A program made the position numbers and the translations under genes. A stretch of DNA of 64,000 bases from Anaeromyxobacteraceae bacterium (GTDB taxonomy: Bacteria; Myxococcota; Myxococcia; Myxococcales; Anaeromyxobacteraceae): the NCBI GenBank assembly GCA_047602405.1, contig JASGHJ010000002.1, positions 2,080,001 through 2,144,000 on the forward strand, in the 5' to 3' direction. The notes beneath the pieces were generated by a model. That model had not been told where the DNA came from, did no database searches, and was given only the letters and a program-made list of their open reading frames with translations. How positions within the stretch are numbered: position 1 is the first letter of the stretch; every line of letters begins with the position of its first letter. This document shows, piece after piece, positions 36,304 through 46,995 of the stretch.

Positions 36304-37269
36304 TCAGGAGCGGCTCTCCACCGGCCTGCCGTCCGGCTGCGCCCGCGCCTCGTCCCGCGCGCTCCGCCAGAGCGAGTACGCGATCGACGCGCCGAGCAGC
36401 GAGACCACCACCCCGAGCGACACGAGCGCGTGCAGGTGCACGACCCCGGAGGCGAGCATCTTCGCGCCGATGAACACCAGCACCGCCGCGAGCCCCGCCT
36501 TCAGGTACGCGAACTTCCGGAGCAGCTGGGCCACCGCGAAGTAGAGCGACCGCAGGCCCAGGATCGCGAAGATGTTCGAGGTGAAGACGATGAAGGGGTC
36601 GAGGGTCACCCCGAAGATCGCCGGGATCGAGTCGAGGGCGAAGACGACGTCCGACACCTCGATGAGCACGAGCGCGAGGAGGAGCGGCGTCGCGACCCGC
36701 CGGCCGTGCTCCCGGAGGAAGAAGGCGTGCCCCTCCATGCGCGTGGTCGAGGGCACGATCCGGCGGAGGAGCCGGAAGGCGAAGCTCCGCTCCGGGCGGT
36801 GCTGCTCCTCCCCCTGGAGCCACAGCCGCAGCCCCGTCACCACGAGGAAGCCGCCGAAGACGTAGATGAGCGCGTGGAACCGCTGCAGGAGCGCGGAGCC
36901 GCCCACGATCATGAGCGCGCGCAGCACGAGCGCGGTGAGGATGCCCCAGAACAGCACCCGGTGCTGGACCTCGCGGGGGATGGCGAAGGTCGAGAAGATG
37001 ACGACGAAGACGAAGAGGTTGTCGACCGAGAGCGACTTCTCGATGAGGTAGCCGGTCAGGTACTCGACCGCGAGCGTGCCGCCGAAGCGCCACCACACGA
37101 AGGCGCCGAAGGCGAGCGCGAGCGCGATCCAGACCGCCGTCCACCCGAGCGCCTCGCGCGTCCGCACCACGTGGTCCCGGCGGTTGAACACGCCGAGATC
37201 GAGCGCGAGGAGCGCGAGGACGAGGAGGATGAAGCCTCCCCAGAGCAAGGGTGTGCCGACGGTCTCCAT
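36304..37269 (-). CDS. TerC/Alx-family membrane protein
   Basis: GYLIEKSLSVDNLFVF, QHRVLFWGI, DVVFALDSIPA, FTSNIFAILGLRSLYF. Confidence 0.93.
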   Translation of the reverse strand: METVGTPLLWGGFILLVLALLALDLGVFNRRDHVVRTREALGWTAVWIALALAFGAFVWWRFGGTLAVEYLTGYLIEKSLSVDNLFVFVVIFSTFAIPREVQHRVLFWGILTALVLRALMIVGGSALLQRFHALIYVFGGFLVVTGLRLWLQGEEQHRPERSFAFRLLRRIVPSTTRMEGHAFFLREHGRRVATPLLLALVLIEVSDVVFALDSIPAIFGVTLDPFIVFTSNIFAILGLRSLYFAVAQLLRKFAYLKAGLAAVLVFIGAKMLASGVVHLHALVSLGVVVSLLGASIAYSLWRSARDEARAQPDGRPVESRS

Positions 37270-37399
37270 GTTCACGCGGGCCGCTCCCCCCGGAAGGCCC
37301 AGACCTTTCTAGACCGCCCCGCACACCCGGGCGTGAGATAGTTTCTGCAACAGACTGAGGTTTAAGCTAACCTTCAACGAACGTCCAGGAGGGGCCGAC

Positions 37400-38305
37400 A
37401 TGGAGTGGCTCAACTACCACCACCTGTTCTACTTCTGGACGGTCGCGCGCGCCGGCAGCATCGCGAAGGCGAGCCAGGAGCTCCGGCTCGCCCAGCCCAC
37501 CATCTCGAACCAGCTGAAGACCCTCGAGGCCAACCTCGGCGTGAAGCTCCTCGAGCGCCAGGGCCGCCGGCTGGTGCTCACCGATGTGGGGCGGACGGTG
37601 CTGAAGTACGCCGACGACATCTTCCGCACCGGCCGCGAGCTGCAGCGGGCGGTGAAGGGGCTGCCGACCGGCCAGCGGATGCGCCTCGTCGCCGGCGTCG
37701 CCGACGTCATCCCGAAGCGCATGGCCGCGCTCCTCCTGCAGCCCGCCGTGGACGCGTTCCCGGACCTCACCGTGGTCGCGCGCGAGGGTCCGCTCCCGCA
37801 GCTCCTCGCCGCGCTCGCCATCCACGAGCTCGACGTCGTCATCGCCGACGTGCCCGCCACCGAGGACGTGAAGGTGAAGGCCTTCAACCACCGGCTCGGC
37901 GACTGCGGGACGACCTTCTTCGCGCCCCCGAAGCTCGCCGCGCTGAGGCGGGGCTTCCCGGGCTCGCTCGCCGGGGCGCCGCTCCTCCTGCCGGCGGAGG
38001 GCACCGCGCTCCGCAAGGGCATGGACGCCTGGCTCGAGGAGCAGGAGCTGCGGCCGGTGCTCGCGGGCGAGTTCGACGACAGCGCGCTCATGATGGCGTT
38101 CGGCTCGCGCGGGCTCGGCGTCTTCCCCGCGCCGCGCGTGCTCGAGGACGAGATCCGCACCCAGTTCGGCGTCTCGGTGGTCGGCCGCGTGGACGAGGTG
38201 CGCGAGGCCTTCCACGCGATCACGGTCGAGCGCCGCCTGCGCCACCCGGCGGTCGTCGCCGTGGTGGAGACCGCGCGGGACGCCGTCTTCGGCCCGGCCG
38301 CGTGA
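37400..38305 (+). CDS. nhaR: NhaR-like LysR transcriptional activator
   Basis: WLNYHHLFYFW...QPTIS.Q...GEFDDSALM...ERRLRHPAV; divergent from terC. Confidence 0.85.
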   Translation: MEWLNYHHLFYFWTVARAGSIAKASQELRLAQPTISNQLKTLEANLGVKLLERQGRRLVLTDVGRTVLKYADDIFRTGRELQRAVKGLPTGQRMRLVAGVADVIPKRMAALLLQPAVDAFPDLTVVAREGPLPQLLAALAIHELDVVIADVPATEDVKVKAFNHRLGDCGTTFFAPPKLAALRRGFPGSLAGAPLLLPAEGTALRKGMDAWLEEQELRPVLAGEFDDSALMMAFGSRGLGVFPAPRVLEDEIRTQFGVSVVGRVDEVREAFHAITVERRLRHPAVVAVVETARDAVFGPAA

Positions 38306-38401
38306 GCGGGCCGGCGGGCGTGTGACTTAGGTCACACCTCAGAATCTTGCTGACATTGTCTAATAGACTCAGCATGTGCGACGGGCCATGTTCCCCGTCG
38401 G

Positions 38402-39302
38402 ATGAACCAGCTCAAGACGATCCTGCTCCTCGGCTCGCTCTCCGCGATCCTCCTCGCGCTCGGCGCCAGCGTCGGCCCGGGCGCCTTCTGGGTCATGACC
38501 GCCCTCGCGGTGGGCATGAACCTCGTCGGCTACTTCTTCTCGGACAAGCTCGTGCTCCGGATGCACGGCGCCCGCGAGCTCCCGCGCGAGGAGTCCCCCC
38601 GGCTCCACGCCCTCGTGGAGGAGCTCTCCGGCCGCGCCGGGATCCCGAAGCCGCGGGTGTTCCTCATGGACGACCCGCACGCGAACGCCTTCGCCACCGG
38701 GCGCAACCCGCGGAACGCGGTGGTCGCGGTGACCCGCGGCATCCTCGAGAATCCTCGACGAGCGCGAGCTGCGCGGCGTCCTCGCCCACGAGCTCGCGCA
38801 CGTGAAGAACCGCGACATCCTCGTCGCGAGCGTCGCGGCCGGCCTCGCCACCGCCGTCTCGCACCTCTCGCACGTGCTCGCCTTCGCGGGCCTGGCGGGC
38901 GGCTCCGACGAGGAGGATGGCGCACCCGCGGCCGGCCTCGCCACGATGATCCTCGCCCCCATCGGCGCCACGCTCGTGCAGCTCGGCATCTCCCGCTCGC
39001 GCGAGTTCCTCGCCGACGAGGCCGGCGCCCGCATGTCGGGCGACCCCCTCGCGCTCGCGAGCGCGCTCGAGAAGCTGCACCGCTCCGCGGAGGAGCTCCC
39101 GAGCGCGGCCACCCCGGCCACCGCGAGCCTCCACATCGTGAACCCGTTCGGCGGCCTCGCCGGCGGCCTCGCGAAGCTCTTCTCGACGCACCCGCCCGCC
39201 GAGGAGCGCATCCGCCGCCTCCGCGAGCTCGCGTGCACCGTGCGCGGGCCGGCCTTCGACGCGCCGGCGACGTTCATGCGCTCGCGGCTCGCGCGCTCGT
39301 GA
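38402..39302 (+). CDS. htpX: HtpX-family M48 zinc metalloprotease; +1 frameshift near 38751
   Basis: NAFATGRNP; ELRGVLAHELAHVKNRDIL after the shift; ISRSREFLAD; LFSTHPP. Confidence 0.88.
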
Positions 39303-39404
39303 CGCGGCGAGACCGGAGTGACGGGATCGTGACGGCCCGACGCCATGCCGGGCCGTCACGCGGGCGTTGACGGGGGCCCCGCTCTCCTCCAAAAAGGGGC
39401 GCGG

Positions 39405-40838
39405 ATGCCTCCTTCCCTGCCCCGCCTCGCCGCTCCGGCGGCGCTCTTGCTCGCCCTCGCCGGGAGCGGCTGCGCGACGCTCTGGCCACCCGCGCAGCTC
39501 TCGAGGCACGCGCCGCCTCCGCGGGAGATCGCCGCGGCGTGGCCGGCCGCCCCGGCCGTGCCCGCCCCGACGGCCCCTCCGGCGCCGCCGGCCGGCGCCG
39601 AGCCCGCGCCGCGCTCGCTGACGGACCTCGTGGACCGCGCGCTCCGCACCGATCCCGCCACGCGCGCGGTCTGGCAGGACGCCCGCGCCGCCGCCGCCGA
39701 GGCGGGCGCACGCCGGGCCGACTACCTCCCCGCGGTCACCGCGACGGGCAACCTCACGCGCGTCGGCGGCCTCGGCCCGGCCTCCACGCCCGAGTCCACC
39801 ACCGCGAGCGCGACCGCGGCGCTCACCTGGCTGCTCCTCGACGTGGGCGGCCGCGGTGCGCGCGCGGAGGAAGGCGACCTGCTGCTCGAGGCGGCCCGGC
39901 TCGCGGAGCACGCCGCGGTCGCCGATCTCGTGCTCTCGGTGCAGCAGACCTACTACCAGCTCCTCGCCGCGCGGGCGCTCGCGGAGGCCGAGGGCTCGAC
40001 GGTGAAGCAGGCCGCGGCGAACCTCGAGGCCGCGGAGGGCCGCCGCCGCTCCGGGCTCGCGACCGTCGCCGACGTCCTCGCCGCCCGCACCCAGCTCGCC
40101 CAGCTCCGGCTCTCGCAGCAGCAGCTCGAGGGGCAGGCCCTCGCGCTGCGCGGGGCGCTCGCGACGCTCGCCGGGCTCGAGCCGACCGCCGAGCTCGAGG
40201 TGGGCGCGCTGCCCACCCGCGTGGACGCCGCGGGGGCCACGCCGAGGGTCGAGGCGATCCTCGCCGAGGCCGCCGCCCGCAACCCCGACCTCGGCCGGGC
40301 CCGCGCCCTCGCCGGCGCCGCCGACGCACGCGCCCGCGCCGCGCGCTCGGCGCTCTTCCCGACGCTCTCCGCGCAGGCGAGCGCCACCCGCGCCTGGCCG
40401 CTCCGGCCCGCCGACGGCGATCCCTCCACCCTGTGGAGCGCCGGCCTCGTGCTGCGCTTCCCGCTCTTCGAGGGGCTCGGCGCGACCTACGACGTGCTCT
40501 CCGCCCGCGCCTCCGCGGAGGCCTCCCGGCTGCGCGCCGACGCGACGGCCCAGCGGGTGGCGCTCGACGTCTGGACGAACTTCCAGGCGCTGCGCACCGC
40601 CGGCGAGCGGCTCGAGTCCGCCCGCGCCCTGCTCGAGTCGGCGACCGCCTCGGCGGAGGTCGCCGCCGGCCGCTACCACGAGGGGGTGGGCTCCATCCTC
40701 GACCTCCTCAACGCCCAGGCCGCGCTCGAGGGCGCGCGCGCCGAGGACGTCCGCGCCCGCGCGGACTGGCTCCTCTCCGTCGCGCGGCTCGCCCGCGCCG
40801 CGGGCCGCCTGGATCTCCCGGAGGACGCCCACCGATGA
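39405..40838 (+). CDS. TolC-family outer-membrane efflux lipoprotein
   Basis: Lipobox LAGSGC; two OEP repeats (YLP, LFP...PLFEG, RYHEGVGSILDLLNAQ). Confidence 0.88.
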   Translation: MPPSLPRLAAPAALLLALAGSGCATLWPPAQLSRHAPPPREIAAAWPAAPAVPAPTAPPAPPAGAEPAPRSLTDLVDRALRTDPATRAVWQDARAAAAEAGARRADYLPAVTATGNLTRVGGLGPASTPESTTASATAALTWLLLDVGGRGARAEEGDLLLEAARLAEHAAVADLVLSVQQTYYQLLAARALAEAEGSTVKQAAANLEAAEGRRRSGLATVADVLAARTQLAQLRLSQQQLEGQALALRGALATLAGLEPTAELEVGALPTRVDAAGATPRVEAILAEAAARNPDLGRARALAGAADARARAARSALFPTLSAQASATRAWPLRPADGDPSTLWSAGLVLRFPLFEGLGATYDVLSARASAEASRLRADATAQRVALDVWTNFQALRTAGERLESARALLESATASAEVAAGRYHEGVGSILDLLNAQAALEGARAEDVRARADWLLSVARLARAAGRLDLPEDAHR

Positions 40839-41965
40839 ACCGCACCGCGCTCGCCGTCCCGCTCTCCCTCCTCGTCGCCGCGTGCGGCGCCGACCCGAAG
40901 GCCGGCCAGAAGGGCCCGCGCCCGGTGCCGGTGCGCGCCGTCACCGCCCAGGTGCGCGACGTCCCCGTGGAGGTCCGCGCCGTCGGCCGCATCGAGGCGA
41001 GCCAGTCGGTCGCGGTGCGCCCGCAGGTCTCCGGGCAGCTCACCCGCGCGCACTTCACCGAGGGGCAGTACGTCCAGAAGGACGCCCTCCTCGTCGAGAT
41101 CGACCGCCGCCCGTACGAGGCCGCCCTCGCCGAGGCCCGGGGGCGGCTCGCGCAGGATCAGGCGCGTGCCGAGAACGCCCGCGCCGACGCGACCCGCTTC
41201 GCGGAGCTCGTCGGCAAGGAGTACGTGAGCCGCTCCCAGTACGAGGCCGCGAAGGCCAACGCCGCGGCGCTCGAGGCGGCGGTCGTCGCGGACCGGGCCA
41301 CCGTCGAGCGCGCCGCGCTGAACCTCTCCTACTGCACCATCCGCGCGCCCGCCTCGGGCCGGACCGGGCGGCTGCTCGTGCACCCGGGCAACCTCGTGTC
41401 GGCGACGGCCGCCGAGCCGCTCCTCACGCTGCAGCAGGTGAAGCCGGTCTTCGCGACCTTCTCCATCCCGGAGGGCCACCTCGCCGCCCTGCGCGCGCGC
41501 CGCGACGCGCCGCCGCCGGTGCGGCTGCGGGCCGGGAGCGGGCCCGAGGTCGCCGGCGAGCTCGTGTTCGTCGACAACGCGGTCGACGCGACGACCGGCA
41601 CCATCCTGCTCCGCGCGCGGATCGAGAACGCCGACGAGCTCCTCTGGCCGGGCCAGGCGGTGGACGTCTTCGTGCGGGTCGCCGAGCGCGAGCGGGCCGT
41701 GGTCGTGCCCGCGTCCGCGGTGGCGACCGGCCAGCAGGGCGACTACGCCTACGTCGTGGTGGACGGCAAGGCGCAGCTGCGCAACGTGACGGTCGCGGAG
41801 GCGAAGGAGAAGGAGGTCGTCCTCGCCGCCGGCATCGCCGCCGGCGAGACGGTCGTGACCGAGGGGCTCCTGAAGCTCCGCCCGGACGCGCCGGTCGAGC
41901 TCCTGGGCGCGGGCGGAGGCGGCGCGGCCACCGGCGCCCGCCCGGAGGGGGCCGGGACCCGATGA
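40835..41965 (+). CDS. RND membrane-fusion protein (MdtA-like)
   Basis: VRPQVSGQL, IDRRPY, IRAPASGRTG, DNAVDATTGTI, LWPGQ. Confidence 0.92.
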   Translation: MNRTALAVPLSLLVAACGADPKAGQKGPRPVPVRAVTAQVRDVPVEVRAVGRIEASQSVAVRPQVSGQLTRAHFTEGQYVQKDALLVEIDRRPYEAALAEARGRLAQDQARAENARADATRFAELVGKEYVSRSQYEAAKANAAALEAAVVADRATVERAALNLSYCTIRAPASGRTGRLLVHPGNLVSATAAEPLLTLQQVKPVFATFSIPEGHLAALRARRDAPPPVRLRAGSGPEVAGELVFVDNAVDATTGTILLRARIENADELLWPGQAVDVFVRVAERERAVVVPASAVATGQQGDYAYVVVDGKAQLRNVTVAEAKEKEVVLAAGIAAGETVVTEGLLKLRPDAPVELLGAGGGGAATGARPEGAGTR

Positions 41966-44900
41966 ACGTCTCCGCGCCCTTCATCCGCCGGCCGGTGATG
42001 ACGACGCTCCTCGTGGCGTCGTTCACCGCCTTCGGCGCGATCGCCTACCAGGGCCTGCCGGTCTCCGACCTGCCGGTGGTGGACTTCCCGACCATCCAGG
42101 TGAGCGCGTTCCTCCCCGGCGCGAGCCCGGAGACGGTCGCCGCCTCGGTCGCGACCCCGCTCGAGCGCCAGTTCACGCGCATCGCGGGCGTGAAGTCGAT
42201 GAACTCCTCGTCGAGCCAGGGCTCGACCTCGATCACCATCGAGTTCAACCTCGACCGCGACATCGACTCCGCCGCCCAGGACGTGCAGGCCGCCATCTCC
42301 GGCGCCCTCGGCGCGCTGCCGTCGGACATGCCGGCGCCGCCGACCTTCCGGAAGGTCAACCCGTCCGACCAGGCGATCGTGCTCCTGTCGATGACGTCGC
42401 CGACGCTCCCCCTCACCGAGCTCAACCGCATCGCCGACACGCTCGTCTCGCAGCGCATCGCCACGGTCCCGGGCGTCGCCGAGGTGGCCATCTTCGGCGA
42501 GCAGAAGTACGCGGTCCGCATCCAGCTCGACCCGCGCGCGCTCGCCTCCCGCGGGCTCGGCCTCGACGAGGTGCTCGCCGCGATCCGCTCCTCGAACGCC
42601 AACCTCCCCACCGGCACGGTCATGGGCGCCGACCGCGCCTACACGGTCGAGGCGACCGGCGGCCTCTTCCGCGCCGCCGAGTTCAGGGACGTGCCCATCG
42701 CGGTGCGCGACGGCGCGCCGGTGCGCCTCGGCGACGTGGCCCGCGTCATCGACGGGGTCGAGAACGACAAGCAGGCCGGCTGGTTCGTGAAGGACGGCAA
42801 GGCCCAGCGCTCGATCACCGTGGCGGTCCGCCGCCAGCCCGGCTCGAACACGGTCGAGATCGCGAAGCGGGTGCTCGCGCTCGTGCCGGGCATCAACCAG
42901 CAGCTGCCGGCGTCGGCCTCGCTCGAGATCATCTTCGACCGCTCCCAGGCCATCCGCGAGTCGGTGCGCGACGTCCAGTACACGCTCCTCCTCACGCTCG
43001 CGCTCGTCATCCTCGTCATCTTCCTGTTCCTCCGGAACCTCCCGGCCACCGTCATCCCCAGCCTCGCGCTGCCGGTCTCGATCGTCGGCACCTTCGCGAT
43101 CATGAGCCTGTTCGGGTTCTCGCTCGACAACCTCTCGCTCATGGGGCTCACGCTCGCGGTCGGCTTCGTCGTCGACGACGCGATCGTGATGCTCGAGAAC
43201 ATCGTCCGGCACGTGGAGAAGGGCGAGGCGCCGCTCGACGCCGCGTTCAAGGGCTCGAAGGAGATCGCCTTCACGATCGTCTCGATGACGATCTCCCTCG
43301 CCGCGGTCTTCATCCCGGTGCTCTTCATGGGCGGCCTCGTCGGCCGCCTCTTCCACGAGTTCGCCATCACCATCGCCGCGTCGATCCTGGTCTCCGGCGT
43401 GGTGTCGCTCACCCTCACCCCGCTCCTGTGCGCCCGGTTTCTCAAGCCCGGCGCCGGGCACGGCGGCCCGCACGGCGCGGCCTACCAGGCCGTCGAGCGC
43501 GCCTTCGACGCGACGCTGCGGTTCTACGACCGCGGCCTCGTCTGGTCGCTCGACCACCCGCGGACGGTGGTCGCGTTCTCGATCGCGGTGCTCGTCGCCA
43601 CGGGCGCGCTCTGGCAGGTGGTGCCGAAGGGCTTCCTCCCCTCCGAGGACACCGGCCGCATGATGGTGAACACCGAGACCTCCGAGGGCACGAGCTACGA
43701 GGCCTCCTCCCGCGCGCACCAGGAGGTCGCCCGGATCGTGACGCTCCACCCGGGCGTGCAGCACGCGAACTCGTCGATCAGCGCGCGCGGCACCTCCGGC
43801 AGCGGCTTCGCCTTCGTGAAGCTCGAGGACGGGCCGCGCGAGCACGCCGACCAGATCGCCGCCGACCTCCGCCAGCAGCTCTCGAAGGTCCCGGGCATCC
43901 GCACCTTCGTGGTGGTCCCGCCCCCCATCTCCCTCGCCGGCGGCGGCCGGGGCGCCCAGTACACCTTCACGATGCTCGACCCGGACACCGCCACGCTCTT
44001 CCAGGCGGCGCCGAAGCTCGAGCAGAAGATGCGGGAGCTCCCGGAGATCACCGACATCAACAGCGACCTCAGGCTCGCGTCCCCCCGGCTCTCGGTGCGG
44101 ATCGACCGCGACCGCGCGCTCGCCGCCCGGGTCTCCCCGCTCGCGGTCGAGGACGCGCTCTACACGGCGTTCGGCCCGCGGCGCGTGTCGGTCATCAACG
44201 CCGCCGACGACCAGTACGAGGTGCTCGCCGAGCTCCTGCCGGAGCTGAAGCTCGACCCCGGCGCGCTCGGGCTCGTCTACGTGCGCTCGTCCACCGGCCA
44301 GCTCGTCCCGCTCGAATCGATCGCCACGATCGGCCGCGAGGTCGGGCCGCTCTCGGTCGCCCACGCGGGCCAGCTCCCCGCGGTGAACGTCACGTTCAAC
44401 CTGAAGCCGGGCGTCGCGCTCGGCGACGCGGTGGACCGGATCACGAGGGCCGCCGGCGAGACGCTCCCCGACACCGTCGGCACCCGGTTCCAGGGCAACG
44501 CCCAGGCCTTCCTCGAGTCGATGGTCGGCCTGCAGGGCCTCCTCGTGATGGCGATCCTCGTCATCTACGTCGTGCTGGGCATCCTCTACGAGAGCTACGT
44601 CCACCCGATCACGATCCTCACCTCGCTCCCCTTCGCCGGGTTCGGGGCGCTCGTGACGCTCGCGGTGTTCGGCAAGGACCTGTCGCTCTACGCCTTCGTC
44701 GGCGTGATCATGCTCATCGGGCTCGTGAAGAAGAACGGCATCATGATGGTCGACTTCGCCATCGAGGCGCAGAAGGCCGGCAAGTCGCCCCGCGAGGCCA
44801 TCCACGAGGCGTCGCTCGTGCGCTTCCGCCCCATCATGATGACGAGCTTCGCGGCGTTCATGGGCACGCTCCCCATCGCCATGAAGCTCGGCGCGGGCGC

Positions 44901-45057
44901 CGAGGCGCGCCAGCCGCTCGGCCTCGCGGTCGTCGGCGGGCTCCTCTTCTCCCAGCTCCTCACGCTCTACGTCACGCCGGTGTTCTACGTGCTCTTCGAG
45001 CGGCTCCGCGCCCCGCGGGCCCGGCTCTCGGTTGCGGCGCTTCCGACCGACCGTTAA
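41962..45057 (+). CDS. RND efflux permease (MdtB/MdtC-like)
   Basis: FIRRPVMTTL, DNLSLM, GFVVDDAIVMLENI, GLVKKNGIMMVDFA, RFRPIMMT. Confidence 0.95.
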   Translation: MNVSAPFIRRPVMTTLLVASFTAFGAIAYQGLPVSDLPVVDFPTIQVSAFLPGASPETVAASVATPLERQFTRIAGVKSMNSSSSQGSTSITIEFNLDRDIDSAAQDVQAAISGALGALPSDMPAPPTFRKVNPSDQAIVLLSMTSPTLPLTELNRIADTLVSQRIATVPGVAEVAIFGEQKYAVRIQLDPRALASRGLGLDEVLAAIRSSNANLPTGTVMGADRAYTVEATGGLFRAAEFRDVPIAVRDGAPVRLGDVARVIDGVENDKQAGWFVKDGKAQRSITVAVRRQPGSNTVEIAKRVLALVPGINQQLPASASLEIIFDRSQAIRESVRDVQYTLLLTLALVILVIFLFLRNLPATVIPSLALPVSIVGTFAIMSLFGFSLDNLSLMGLTLAVGFVVDDAIVMLENIVRHVEKGEAPLDAAFKGSKEIAFTIVSMTISLAAVFIPVLFMGGLVGRLFHEFAITIAASILVSGVVSLTLTPLLCARFLKPGAGHGGPHGAAYQAVERAFDATLRFYDRGLVWSLDHPRTVVAFSIAVLVATGALWQVVPKGFLPSEDTGRMMVNTETSEGTSYEASSRAHQEVARIVTLHPGVQHANSSISARGTSGSGFAFVKLEDGPREHADQIAADLRQQLSKVPGIRTFVVVPPPISLAGGGRGAQYTFTMLDPDTATLFQAAPKLEQKMRELPEITDINSDLRLASPRLSVRIDRDRALAARVSPLAVEDALYTAFGPRRVSVINAADDQYEVLAELLPELKLDPGALGLVYVRSSTGQLVPLESIATIGREVGPLSVAHAGQLPAVNVTFNLKPGVALGDAVDRITRAAGETLPDTVGTRFQGNAQAFLESMVGLQGLLVMAILVIYVVLGILYESYVHPITILTSLPFAGFGALVTLAVFGKDLSLYAFVGVIMLIGLVKKNGIMMVDFAIEAQKAGKSPREAIHEASLVRFRPIMMTSFAAFMGTLPIAMKLGAGAEARQPLGLAVVGGLLFSQLLTLYVTPVFYVLFERLRAPRARLSVAALPTDR

Positions 45058-45120
45058 CCTCGAACCTCCTCGAGACCGTCTCGCCGGGGTCCTTCGACCA
45101 CCGGTGCGGGAGACCTGCCG

Positions 45121-45792
45121 ATGATCACGACGAAGCTCCTCGACCTCGCCTCCACCTGGGGCGCCGAGTGGGTGATGTGGGCCCTCATCGCCATGTCGCT
45201 CGCCGGGCTCACCGTGTTCCTCGACCGGGTCCTGCTCTTCTGGCGGACGCGCGAGCGCTACGAGGCGCTCCGGGCGAGCTTCGGCGAGACGCTGGCCCGG
45301 GGCGAGCTCGAGGCCGCCCTGCGCGCCGTGGAGGGCGACTCGCTCGTGCGCAACGTGCTCCGGCGCGGGCTGGGGCTCGTCGCGCGGGGCGACCGGGACC
45401 CGGGCCGGCTCGAGCAGGTCATGCTCGCCCAGCTCGCCGAGGAGCGCGGCCGCTACGAGGCGCGGCTCGCCTGGCTCACCTCCATCGGCAACACCGCCCC
45501 GCTCGTCGGCCTCCTCGGCACCGTCATCGGCATCGTCGCCGCGTTCTACGCGCTCGGGAAGATGGGCACGGTCCAGGCGCAGGCGAACAACCTCGTCATG
45601 TCGGCCATCGGCGAGGCGCTCGTGGCGACCGGCTTCAGCATCGCGGTCGCGGTGCCCGCGGTCATCTCGTTCAACGCGCTCCGCACCCACGTTTCCACCC
45701 GCCTCAAGATGGCCGAGGCGCTCATGCGCGACCTCCTCGCCGGCGCCGCCGGGCTGCGCCCCGCCGGCGGGGCGCCGCGGGCGGAGGGCTGA
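45121..45792 (+). CDS. exbB: MotA/TolQ/ExbB proton channel
   Basis: APLVGLLGTVIGI...IGEALVAT. Confidence 0.88.
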   Translation: MITTKLLDLASTWGAEWVMWALIAMSLAGLTVFLDRVLLFWRTRERYEALRASFGETLARGELEAALRAVEGDSLVRNVLRRGLGLVARGDRDPGRLEQVMLAQLAEERGRYEARLAWLTSIGNTAPLVGLLGTVIGIVAAFYALGKMGTVQAQANNLVMSAIGEALVATGFSIAVAVPAVISFNALRTHVSTRLKMAEALMRDLLAGAAGLRPAGGAPRAEG

Positions 45793-45795
45793 CCC

Positions 45796-46230
45796 GTGGC
45801 CGGCGGCTGGTCCACGGGCGGCGACGACGAGCTCATCGGCGGCGTGAACATCACGCCGATCGTCGACGTCTGCCTCACCCTCCTCATCGTCTTCATCGTC
45901 ACCGCCTCGGCGATCGTGAACCGGAACATCCCGGTCCAGGTCCCGAAGGCGGCCTCCTCCGAGGGCGCGCCCCCCGCCGTCCTCAACATCGCCGTGCTGA
46001 AGGACGGCGCGGTCTGGGTGAACGGCCAGCCCGCGTCGCTGGACGCGATCCCCGCCGCGGTGGAGCAGGCGAAGGCACGCCTCCAGGAGGGCCAGAAGCT
46101 CGCCGGCTTCGTCTCGGCCGACGTCGCCGCGCCGTACGGCAGGTTCGCCGAGGCGGTGGACCGGCTGCGCCTCTCCGGCGTCGTCGAGATCGCGCTCGAC
46201 ACCCAGCCCGTGGAGGAGCCCGCGCGGTGA
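45796..46230 (+). CDS. exbD: ExbD/TolR protein
   Basis: VNITPIVDVCLTLLIVFIVT. Confidence 0.88.
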   Translation: MAGGWSTGGDDELIGGVNITPIVDVCLTLLIVFIVTASAIVNRNIPVQVPKAASSEGAPPAVLNIAVLKDGAVWVNGQPASLDAIPAAVEQAKARLQEGQKLAGFVSADVAAPYGRFAEAVDRLRLSGVVEIALDTQPVEEPAR

Positions 46231-46985
46231 CGCGGGTCCGGGGCCAGCTCGCGCCCGCGGCGCTCGCCGCGCTCGCCGCCCACGCGGCGGCGCTGGGCTG
46301 GCTGTGGACGCTGCCGCCCCCGGCGACCCCGAAGGTCCGGATGCCGCCCGCGGCGGTGAAGCTCGCGACCCGGCCGCCGCCGCCCGCGCCGAAGCCTCCC
46401 GAGCCCGCCCCGGAGCCGAAGCCCGCCCAGCCCGCGCAGCGCACCGCGAAGGCGGAGCCGCGCGCCGCGAAGCCGCCGCCCGCGGAGGCCCCGCCGCCGG
46501 CGCCCACCCCGCAGCCCGAGGCGCCGAAGCCCGCGCCGCGCCGCTTCGCGGTCTCGATGGAGGCCACCGTGCCCGGCGGCGGCGTGGCCGTGCCGACCAC
46601 CGAGGGCCGCACCTCGGCCCGCGGCCGCGCCGACCTCCCCTCCAGCGCGCCAGTGGGCAACAACGAGGGGCCGACCTCGCCGGTCGACGTCGTCGAGGTG
46701 GAGCGCGCCCCGCGGCTCCTCCGCCAGCCCTCGGCCGCCGACCTCCGCGCGCTCTACCCCGAGGCGGCGCGGCGCGAGCAGCTCGAGACCGACGTCGCGC
46801 TCCAGCTCCTCGTCGACGCGGCCGGCAAGGTCGCCGACGTGCGCGTGCTCCGCGCCTCCGGCAACGGCTTCGACGAGGCCGCGGTCACCGCGGCGCGCGG
46901 CATCCGCTTCCAGCCGGCCGAGCGCGGCGGGAAGGCCGTCGCGGTCTGGATCCCCTGGACCATGAAGTTCCGCCTCGACAGCTAG
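46227..46985 (+). CDS. tonB: TonB energy transducer
   Basis: N-terminal TM with His, Pro-rich linker, YPEAARR...GFDEAA...FQPA C-domain. Confidence 0.85.
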   Translation: MTRVRGQLAPAALAALAAHAAALGWLWTLPPPATPKVRMPPAAVKLATRPPPPAPKPPEPAPEPKPAQPAQRTAKAEPRAAKPPPAEAPPPAPTPQPEAPKPAPRRFAVSMEATVPGGGVAVPTTEGRTSARGRADLPSSAPVGNNEGPTSPVDVVEVERAPRLLRQPSAADLRALYPEAARREQLETDVALQLLVDAAGKVADVRVLRASGNGFDEAAVTAARGIRFQPAERGGKAVAVWIPWTMKFRLDS

Positions 46986-46995
46986 AGCCCCTCTC